Below are positions 29,603 through 36,688 of a DNA stretch of 64,000 nucleotides, one piece after another. How positions within the stretch are numbered: the stretch's first letter is position 1; the number at the start of each line of letters is the position of its first letter. The notes below the pieces were generated by a model. The model saw nothing but the letters and a program-made list of their open reading frames with translations, made no database searches and had not been told where the DNA came from. This DNA is from Bacteroidales bacterium UBA6244 (GTDB lineage: Bacteria > Bacteroidota > Bacteroidia > Bacteroidales > F082): assembly GCA_002440885.1 (NCBI GenBank), contig DJVY01000100.1:23702-87701 (forward strand), in the 5' to 3' direction. The translations under genes were made by a program, and so were the position numbers.

Positions 29603-30202
29603 TTATATCCTTTCGCGGTTGTCTTTCATTACATTGTAAAGAAATTCGCGCGACCGAAAAAGTTGTGCTTTAACCGTTCCGAGAGGTAGTTTTAGTTCAT
29701 CGGCTATTTCTTCGTACGAATACTCCATAAAATAGCGCAGTTCAATGAGTTTTTTGTAATGAGGTTTAAGCTTTTGGACTACCTCCCTCATCAGTTTAAC
29801 TTTTTGATTTATAATGTATTGTTCTTCAGGGTCGGGCAAGCTGTCCTGCACGGTGTTCTGCAAGGTGTCGGCTTCCGGTCCGGTAGTGATGGTGCGGTTT
29901 GTTTTTTGTTTTTTCCTTACAAAATCGATGCAGTTGTTGGTGGCAATTTTAAAAAGCCAGGTGCTGAAAGCAAACTCAGAGGTGTACTGGTGCAGGCTTT
30001 TAAAAGCTTTCCCAAAGGCTTCGATGGTCAGGTCGTCGGCATCAATAGGGTCGCCTGTCATTTTAAGCATGGTGTAGTATAAACTGTCCCGATAATGTCC
30101 CATGAGTTCGGCATAGGCATGTTGGTCGCCGGTGTCGAGTGCCTGACGAATCAGCAGAAAATCACGTTGACCTTTTTCGGTTAGTTGATCATTTACTTCC
30201 AT
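29603..30202 (-). CDS. ECF-type sigma-70 family RNA polymerase sigma factor
   Basis: 199 aa. Region 2 (DADDLTIEAFGKAFKSLHQY...FSTWLFKIATNNCIDFVRKK) and region 4 (LIELRYFMEYSYEEIADELKLPLGTVKAQLFRSREFL). Confidence 0.85.
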   Translation of the reverse strand: MEVNDQLTEKGQRDFLLIRQALDTGDQHAYAELMGHYRDSLYYTMLKMTGDPIDADDLTIEAFGKAFKSLHQYTSEFAFSTWLFKIATNNCIDFVRKKQKTNRTITTGPEADTLQNTVQDSLPDPEEQYIINQKVKLMREVVQKLKPHYKKLIELRYFMEYSYEEIADELKLPLGTVKAQLFRSREFLYNVMKDNRERI

Positions 30203-31335
30203 TCCTTTGGTTGGTTGATTGAGCTGATAATTGTAAACAAAGGCAATACCAATACATACAACGGCTCAATTGCGAGCGAAAATAATAATAATTGAGGTTC
30301 CTGAAGGCGTGAGTATACTTTTTTTTGAACGATTAACGTGATCAGGGTTTTGAAAAACCATACGGCCAGGGCGATGAAAGGTTGAATATTAAGGATTAAC
30401 ATGAGTAGAAACATGAGCCAAAATACCACCTGCGATAAGCTGTAAAGACCAAGCAGCCATTTAAACCTGGCTTTGTAGTGCTTTCCTGTGGTGAGATGCC
30501 GCCTTTTTTGCCGGATATAACTCTTTAGCGATGTTTTGGGGACAGAGTAAACGAAGCTTTCTTTTTGTAAGGCCACCTGTGTGTTTGAGCTTCGGGCTAC
30601 CTGGTTGATAAACAGATCGTCGTCGCCGGAAGCTATTTTGTAATGCGAGGTAAACCCCTTGTTTTTAAGAAACAACGACTTGCGGTAGCTTAAATTTCTT
30701 CCGACACCCATATAGGGAATTTTGGCCAGAGCAAACGAAAGGTATTGCATGGCTACCATCACGGCATCGTAGCGAATCAGGGCGTTAAGCAGGCCTTTTC
30801 GTTTTTCATACGGGCCATAACCTACTACGATTTCTGTGTCGGGACGGTAACACGAGGCCATTTCTTTTATCCATTGGTCGGATGTGGGCTTGCAGTCGGC
30901 ATCGGTAAGCAAAAGGATTTCGTTTTTCGCCGATTTAATTCCGATGGACAAAGGGAACTTTTTGCCTTTGAAAAAGTTCAGCTCATGTTCAATGCTGATG
31001 ACTTTCAGATGTCGATGCTCACGCGCCAGTTGTTGAAGATATGATCCTGTTTCGTCGGTGGAGGTGTGGTTGACGATGACTACTTCAAAGTCGGGATAAT
31101 CCTGGTTGAGTAAGGCTGGCAGGTTGTTTACCAGGTTGTGGTATTCATCGCGTGCCGACATAACAATGGACACCGGAGGCAGGTTGACGGTCGGTGCTGA
31201 TTCTGCTTTTGGTGGCCTGTAAAAGGCAAGCCGCGCAAAGAAAGCCAGATAATAGGTTAACAGTATGAGTGTTGCTGATCCGAGAATGGAGAGCAAGATA
31301 AGCGCTGTTGGGGTAAAAACCGGTATAAGTGTCAT
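30193..31335 (-). CDS. family-2 glycosyltransferase with flanking TM helices
   Basis: PPVSIVMSARDE, LLTDADC (DxD), GDDDLF and an IRQKRRH (Q..RW-like) block. TM helices at both ends. ATG 31335 is preferred over TTG 31353 because a -7 box occupies 31351-31358. The 3' end overlaps the sigma gene by 10 nt. Confidence 0.7.
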   Translation of the reverse strand: MTLIPVFTPTALILLSILGSATLILLTYYLAFFARLAFYRPPKAESAPTVNLPPVSIVMSARDEYHNLVNNLPALLNQDYPDFEVVIVNHTSTDETGSYLQQLAREHRHLKVISIEHELNFFKGKKFPLSIGIKSAKNEILLLTDADCKPTSDQWIKEMASCYRPDTEIVVGYGPYEKRKGLLNALIRYDAVMVAMQYLSFALAKIPYMGVGRNLSYRKSLFLKNKGFTSHYKIASGDDDLFINQVARSSNTQVALQKESFVYSVPKTSLKSYIRQKRRHLTTGKHYKARFKWLLGLYSLSQVVFWLMFLLMLILNIQPFIALAVWFFKTLITLIVQKKVYSRLQEPQLLLFSLAIEPLYVLVLPLFTIISSINQPKEWK

Positions 31336-31350
31336 AACTGTTAAAAGCTC

Positions 31351-31358
31351 CAAAATTA
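31351..31358 (-). promoter_or_regulatory. -7 promoter box (TAnnTTTG) for GT2-sigma pair
   Basis: The minus strand reads TAATTTTG, 16 nt upstream of ATG 31335. Confidence 0.45.
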
Positions 31359-31379
31359 TTCAACTTAGGCGAATTCGGC

Positions 31380-31387
31380 TATATTTG
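31380..31387 (+). promoter_or_regulatory. -7 promoter box (TAnnTTTG) for tgt
   Basis: TATATTTG lies 16 nt upstream of ATG 31403. Confidence 0.45.
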
Positions 31388-31402
31388 CGAAAAATTTATT
31401 TA

Positions 31403-32533
31403 ATGCAATTCAAACTGGTTTTTAACGACCCCAAAAGTGCTGCCCGTGCCGGAGAAATAGCAACAGATCACGGCATAATACAAACCCCTATTTTTATGCC
31501 GGTAGGTACTGCTGGATCGGTAAAAGGGATTCATATTCAGGATATAAGTGGCGATATAAACGCCGAAATTATTCTTGGAAACACCTATCATCTCTATTTG
31601 CGTCCGGGATTAAACATCCTTAAAATGGCCGGAGGTCTGCACCGGTTTAATGGCTGGAATGGGCCAATTTTGACCGACAGTGGCGGATATCAGGTTTATT
31701 CTTTAACCGACAAGCGAAAACTAAACCGTGAGGGTGTCGTTTTTCAGTCGCATATCGATGGATCAAAACATCATTTTTCACCTGAAAGGGTTATTGATAT
31801 TCAACGGGCTATTGGCGCTGATATCATGATGGCGTTTGATGAATGTACTCCCTACCCGTGCGATTACAATTATGCCGCTACCTCACTCGAAATTACCCAC
31901 CATTGGCTCGACCGATGCATGGATCAAATGAAGGCCACCGAACCGGTTTATGGCTATAGTCAGTCTCTTTTTCCTATTGTTCAGGGAAGTACTTACCGCG
32001 ATCTGCGTGTGAAATCGGCTGAATACATTGCCGGTAAAGATGCTGACGGAAACGCCATTGGTGGTTTGTCCGTTGGCGAGCCACACGAAGACATGTATGA
32101 AATGACGGATTTGGTTTGTCGCATACTGCCAAAGGATAAACCACGTTATCTCATGGGAGTGGGTACCCCGGCAAATATTCTCGAAAGCATTGCCCTGGGT
32201 GTGGATATGTTTGATTGTGTGATGCCTACCCGTAACGGAAGAAATGGAATGTTGTTTACCAGCGAAGGGATAATAAATATTAAAAACGAAAAATGGAAAG
32301 ATGATTTCTCTCCCATCGACATGAATGGAAGTTCCTACGTCGACAGCCAGTATTCAAAAGCCTACTTGCGGCATTTAATCGTTTCAAAAGAAATTTTGGG
32401 CGCGATGATTGCCAGTCAGCATAATCTGGCTTTTTATCTCTGGCTGGTAAAACAAGCGCGGGAGCATATCCTGGCCGGAGACTTTGCTTCGTGGAAAAAT
32501 GTAATGGTGGATAAAGTGAGTCAACGACTTTAA
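31403..32533 (+). CDS. tgt: tRNA-guanine(34) transglycosylase (queuine tRNA-ribosyltransferase)
   Basis: 376 aa from ATG 31403 (MQFKLVFND...; the track start at 31265 overlaps the divergent gene). TPIFMPVGT, LTDSGGYQV, AFDECTP, YLMGVGTP, GVDMFDCVMPTRNGRNG. Confidence 0.93.
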   Translation: MQFKLVFNDPKSAARAGEIATDHGIIQTPIFMPVGTAGSVKGIHIQDISGDINAEIILGNTYHLYLRPGLNILKMAGGLHRFNGWNGPILTDSGGYQVYSLTDKRKLNREGVVFQSHIDGSKHHFSPERVIDIQRAIGADIMMAFDECTPYPCDYNYAATSLEITHHWLDRCMDQMKATEPVYGYSQSLFPIVQGSTYRDLRVKSAEYIAGKDADGNAIGGLSVGEPHEDMYEMTDLVCRILPKDKPRYLMGVGTPANILESIALGVDMFDCVMPTRNGRNGMLFTSEGIINIKNEKWKDDFSPIDMNGSSYVDSQYSKAYLRHLIVSKEILGAMIASQHNLAFYLWLVKQAREHILAGDFASWKNVMVDKVSQRL

Positions 32534-32544
32534 AAATAAGGTTC

Positions 32545-33627
32545 ATGCTAAAGATTATCGATCGGTATATCATCAAAAAGTTCATGGGGACATTCTTCTA
32601 TGCCATTAGTTTGTTGATACTCATCGTGATTATTTTTGATGTGAGCGAAAACATCGATAGTTTCATAAAAAATGAAGCTCCCCTCAAAGCCATACTTGTC
32701 GATTACTACATCAACTTCATTCCTTATTTCATCAACCTTTTTATTTACCTGTTCACTTTTATTTCAGTTATTTTCTTCACATCAAAACTGGCCGGCGACA
32801 CCGAAATTATCGCCATTCTGAGCAGTGGGGTAAGTTTTTGGCGGTTGCTCTATCCTTATCTGCTTTCTTCTATTATTCTGGCTATTTTAAGTTTTTATCT
32901 CGGTAACTTCCTCATTCCTACTACCAACCAAACCCGACGTGTATTTAAAAACACTTACATGGAAGATCTGGTGAAAGACCAAAGCAGGAACCTGCACCTG
33001 CAAATAGAACCAAATACCTTTGTGTTTATTGAATCGTACAACAGGATTTTAGCCACAGGATATAAGTTTTCGATTGAGAAATTTGAAGGACAAAACATGG
33101 TGTATAAGCTTATGGCCGATAAACTTATGCTGGACACGGTTACCGGAAAATGGACACTTAAGGATTATTTTATCCGAACGCTGGACGATAACGGAAATCA
33201 GCAGTTACTAAAAGGTGAGGAGATGGACACTACACTGGCGCTGCAACCCACCGATTTATATAAGGTGAAGGAAGTATTTGAGGAAATGAATTTGTACCAG
33301 TTGAACGATTATATAGCCACCGAAAAAGCAAAAGGGTCGATTGCCTACAAGAGTTTTGAAATTGAAAAACACAAACGACTGGCCGGGCCTGTAGCCATAA
33401 TCATACTCACCATCATTGGAGTGGCTTTGTCGAGCCGCAAGGTGCGCGGAGGTATTGGCATGCATTTGGGGGTTGGTATCGCCCTCACCTTTTCCTACAT
33501 TCTCCTCATGCAGGTAAGTACGGTTTTTTCAGCCTTTGGCAATTTGTCGCCGGCCATCGCCTCATGGATACCGAATATGATTTTTCTGTTAATCGGACTG
33601 TATCTCTTGCAAAAAGCTCCTAAATAG
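32545..33627 (+). CDS. LptF/LptG family LPS-export permease
   Basis: 360 aa. MLKIIDRYIIKKF start, three N-terminal TM helices, a ~170-aa periplasmic insert and three C-terminal TM helices (YjgP/YjgQ layout). Starts 11 nt after tgt. Confidence 0.75.
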   Translation: MLKIIDRYIIKKFMGTFFYAISLLILIVIIFDVSENIDSFIKNEAPLKAILVDYYINFIPYFINLFIYLFTFISVIFFTSKLAGDTEIIAILSSGVSFWRLLYPYLLSSIILAILSFYLGNFLIPTTNQTRRVFKNTYMEDLVKDQSRNLHLQIEPNTFVFIESYNRILATGYKFSIEKFEGQNMVYKLMADKLMLDTVTGKWTLKDYFIRTLDDNGNQQLLKGEEMDTTLALQPTDLYKVKEVFEEMNLYQLNDYIATEKAKGSIAYKSFEIEKHKRLAGPVAIIILTIIGVALSSRKVRGGIGMHLGVGIALTFSYILLMQVSTVFSAFGNLSPAIASWIPNMIFLLIGLYLLQKAPK

Positions 33628-33679
33628 ATTATAACAAAAAGATAACCAGACCTTGTGAAGCGTATTAAAAACAAACGAC

Positions 33680-33687
33680 TAAATTTG
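33680..33687 (+). promoter_or_regulatory. -7 promoter box (TAnnTTTG) for the M28 peptidase gene
   Basis: TAAATTTG lies 29 nt upstream of ATG 33716. Confidence 0.45.
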
Positions 33688-33715
33688 CAATCTGAAACTA
33701 AAACTTAATACACAG

Positions 33716-35509
33716 ATGATTCGATACAGTATCTATTTCCTGATGGCCGTTGTTTTTCTGGCCGGACTTGCCCCACTTCATGCCCAAACAAAAGCTGAAA
33801 TTACGGTCGATGACCTGAAACAACACATCTATTTTTTAGCTTCCGATTCGCTCAAAGGACGACAGCCCGGAACTCCCGAAGGCGATATCGCCGCAGCTTA
33901 TATCCGTGATCAGTTTTTGAGCTACGGACTTCTGCCAATGGGAAACAATGGTTTGCAGCCGTTTAACGTGACTGTGAGTGTTGAGCCCGGAGAAAACAAT
34001 ACGCTTCAGACAGAAGAGGTTACCGGTGTTTTTGATGTGGACTTTCAGCTTATGCCCTTTACTTCTAACGGCACACTGGAAGCAGAAGTGGTGTTTGCCG
34101 GTTTTGGGATGGAAATTGACCTCGATTCGCTCAAGTGGAATGATTATGAAAACCTGGATGTAAAAGGAAAATGGGTGATGGTGCTACGTGGTGACCCTGA
34201 GCCTGATAACGAAGAGAGCTTGTTTGCCTCCTTCGTGGGCACAAGAGAAAAAGCCCTGATGGCGAAAGACCATCAGGCCGCTGGAATCATTTTTGTGAGT
34301 GGCCCACAGTTTGGCGAACAGGACGAATTAATGCCACCTACTTTTAACAGGGTAACAGCAGATGCCGGACTTTTAGCCGTGAATGTGAAGAGATCGGTTG
34401 CAAACAAGTTGCTCGAAAAATTCAATACAACGGTTAACATGTTGGAAGACAGTATCCGCAAAACAATGAAGCCGGTGGCTATGCCGCTCGGGGTTACCCT
34501 TACAGCCACCACCGACCTCAACAAAGTAGAGGTGGTGACCAACAACGTAGTGGCTGTTTTACCGGGCAGTGACCCGGTTTTAAAAGATGAATACATACTT
34601 ATGGGTGCACATTACGACCATCTGGGGATGGGGGGCATGGGTTCAGGATCGCGTATGCCTGACAGTATTGCCGTGCACAACGGAGCTGACGACAACGCCT
34701 CCGGTGTTGCGGCTGTTTTGGAGTTGGCTCAGTCGCTGGCCTCGGGTAAAGAGCAACTTAAACGTTCGGTCATTTTTATAGCTTTCGGGGCAGAAGAAAT
34801 GGGGCTGCTGGGTTCTCAGTTTTTTGCCTCCAACCCAACCATTGGTTTAAAGCAGGTTAAGCTGATGCTTAACTTTGACATGATAGGTCGCCTAGATGCT
34901 GAAAAGCCGAATTTAATGATTGGCGGTACAGGCACAGCCGTTGAGACAGAAGATTTGCTTAAATCATGGGAGGCATCGAGTACCATGGGTTTCACGCATT
35001 CACCTGAAGGGTATGGGGCGTCTGATCATGCCAGTTTTTATGGTGCCGGAGTGCCTGTTTTGTTCTTCTTTACCGGAGCACATCAGGACTACCATACACC
35101 ATTGGACGATGCCGATCTGATTAATTATGAAGGCGAGAAAATGATTCTCGACTTTGTGGAACCAATGGTCGTGGCACTGATAAACCAATCCGAGGCTCTT
35201 ACTTACCAGGAAACAGCAGCCCCTGTCCAGGAAGGCCGTAACAGCCGTTCGCTAAAGGTAAAATTGGGTATCATGCCTGATTTCACAAGTACTGAAAATA
35301 ACGGACTTGGCATTGGTGGCGTTACTCCCGGTGGTCCGGCTTCTGCCGCAGGTTTGAAAAAGGGTGATCGCATAACGGCTTTGGACGGCATGGAAGTTAC
35401 CAATATCTACGATTATATGTCAAGGCTTAAGAAACTAAAACCCGGTCAGCGAATCACTGTGGATATAGTGCGCGACGAATTGCCGATGGTAATGATTGTG
35501 GATTTATAA
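33716..35509 (+). CDS. secreted M28 family aminopeptidase with PA insert and C-terminal PDZ domain
   Basis: Signal peptide. M28 metal ligand blocks (GAHYDHLGMG, GADDNASGVAAVLE, AFGAEEMGLLGS, NFDMIG, SDHASF). C-terminal PDZ-like GIGGVTPGGPASAAGLKKGDRITALDG. Confidence 0.8.
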   Translation: MIRYSIYFLMAVVFLAGLAPLHAQTKAEITVDDLKQHIYFLASDSLKGRQPGTPEGDIAAAYIRDQFLSYGLLPMGNNGLQPFNVTVSVEPGENNTLQTEEVTGVFDVDFQLMPFTSNGTLEAEVVFAGFGMEIDLDSLKWNDYENLDVKGKWVMVLRGDPEPDNEESLFASFVGTREKALMAKDHQAAGIIFVSGPQFGEQDELMPPTFNRVTADAGLLAVNVKRSVANKLLEKFNTTVNMLEDSIRKTMKPVAMPLGVTLTATTDLNKVEVVTNNVVAVLPGSDPVLKDEYILMGAHYDHLGMGGMGSGSRMPDSIAVHNGADDNASGVAAVLELAQSLASGKEQLKRSVIFIAFGAEEMGLLGSQFFASNPTIGLKQVKLMLNFDMIGRLDAEKPNLMIGGTGTAVETEDLLKSWEASSTMGFTHSPEGYGASDHASFYGAGVPVLFFFTGAHQDYHTPLDDADLINYEGEKMILDFVEPMVVALINQSEALTYQETAAPVQEGRNSRSLKVKLGIMPDFTSTENNGLGIGGVTPGGPASAAGLKKGDRITALDGMEVTNIYDYMSRLKKLKPGQRITVDIVRDELPMVMIVDL

Positions 35510-35532
35510 CCCAACACTATAAACCTGATCTG

Positions 35533-35943
35533 ATGTTTGACTTCATAACCCCAGAGCTGATTTCCAAATTTATAAAGTTTGGCGTAGTGGGGTTTTCCGG
35601 GCTCTTTGTCGATTTTGGCCTGACCTATATCACCAAAGAAAAACTTCATATCCCTAAATATGTTGCCAATGCCATTGGGTTTATGTCGGCAGCCACTTCT
35701 AATTACTTTTTGAACAGGATTTGGACTTTTGAAAGTCATAATCCCGAAATCATGTTGGAGTATTCCCAATTTATTCTGATTTCAATCATCGGATTGGTTA
35801 TAAACACCTTTATACTGTGGCTCTTGGTAAGCCGGTTTAAATTCAACTTTTATCTGGCCAAAGTTTTCGCCATCGGTGTGGTCACCGTATGGAATTTTTT
35901 CGCCAACCTTTTCATAACTTTTAGCCCGGACGCGTTATTGTAG
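35533..35943 (+). CDS. GtrA family membrane protein
   Basis: 136 aa with 4 TM helices. FIKFGVVGFSGLFVDFG and NRIWTF blocks. Confidence 0.7.
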   Translation: MFDFITPELISKFIKFGVVGFSGLFVDFGLTYITKEKLHIPKYVANAIGFMSAATSNYFLNRIWTFESHNPEIMLEYSQFILISIIGLVINTFILWLLVSRFKFNFYLAKVFAIGVVTVWNFFANLFITFSPDALL

Positions 35944-35965
35944 TCGAGGCAGAAACGGTAACGGC

Positions 35966-36376
35966 CTAAGCGTACAAGGTGCAAACCAGTTTGCGCAGAC
36001 CTCCATGATTTCTGAATTCACAAAAGTGAATCCCTTGCCATGTCCCAAGATTTAACTTGTGGTTGGTAATAGGTATGGTGACTGAGCTGCCCGCTACCAG
36101 ACTTTTAAAATGAGCAGGCATGTCGTCAAGGCCTTCCAGTGTATGACGATATTGTGTGTCGCCTTCAGGAGCCAGTCGTTTTAGCAGCAAGTCGATGTCT
36201 GTGAGCACGTCAGGGTCGGCGTTTTCGTTTAACATGATTCCGGCAGAGGTGTGTTTTACGAAAATATGAAGAAGCCCCGTCTGTGGTAAATTTTCAAAAG
36301 TGTTGATAATCAGCCTGTCGATTGAGTGAATACCTTTTCTAAATGGGCCTATGGCGATCTCCTGTTGCTGTATCAT
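35966..36376 (-). CDS. yjbQ: YjbQ/UPF0047 family protein (secondary thiamine-phosphate synthase)
   Basis: 136 aa from ATG 36376. HTSAGIMLNENADP, LEGLDDMPAHFKS and GTWQGIHFCEFRNHGG parallel E. coli YjbQ. A -7 box lies 22 nt upstream of this ATG. Confidence 0.85.
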   Translation of the reverse strand: MIQQQEIAIGPFRKGIHSIDRLIINTFENLPQTGLLHIFVKHTSAGIMLNENADPDVLTDIDLLLKRLAPEGDTQYRHTLEGLDDMPAHFKSLVAGSSVTIPITNHKLNLGTWQGIHFCEFRNHGGLRKLVCTLYA

Positions 36377-36397
36377 GGTAGTATGCAAATTCTTTTT

Positions 36398-36405
36398 CAA
36401 AAATA
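36398..36405 (-). promoter_or_regulatory. -7 promoter box (TAnnTTTG) for yjbQ
   Basis: The minus strand reads TATTTTTG. Confidence 0.45.
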
Positions 36406-36513
36406 AGGATAGTTTTCCATTCACAGGTTTATTTTGCTTTTTAGAACGATTGCGATTAAAAAACAGATGCGTTTTGGAGTTAAAAAGTTGTCAATTAAAA
36501 GCATTTTTACTAC

Positions 36514-36545
36514 AAGTTATTAACAAAACAGAATAAGTTATTAAC
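36514..36545. repeat. 11-bp direct repeat AAGTTATTAAC x2, 21-bp register
   Basis: Copies at 36514-36524 and 36535-36545, followed by further TTAAC pentamers at 36548, 36560 and 36572. Confidence 0.8.
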
Positions 36546-36558
36546 GATTAACATGTGC

Positions 36559-36576
36559 GTTAACGTGCACGTTAAC
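36559..36576. promoter_or_regulatory. perfect 18-bp palindrome GTTAACGTGCACGTTAAC; candidate operator (LacI-family?) upstream of the TonB-dependent receptor
   Basis: Its self-complementarity was verified base by base. It lies 113 nt upstream of ATG 36689 and is flanked by TGTGCG at 36554 and 36578. Assigning it to the LacI gene at 43157-44194 is inference. Confidence 0.5.
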
Positions 36577-36628
36577 CTGTGCGGTATTTTAGCCCAAAAA
36601 TGACGTAAAAAACGCTTGATTTCAGGTT

Positions 36629-36636
36629 TATTTTTG
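36629..36636 (+). promoter_or_regulatory. -7 promoter box (TAnnTTTG) for the TonB-dependent receptor
   Basis: TATTTTTG lies 53 nt upstream of ATG 36689. A one-mismatch box TATTTTAG at 36585-36592 lies right next to the palindrome. Confidence 0.4.
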
Positions 36637-36688
36637 TTGGTGAAAATATTTAACATTTTTTTTAATTGATCATTAACAGACTTTAACT

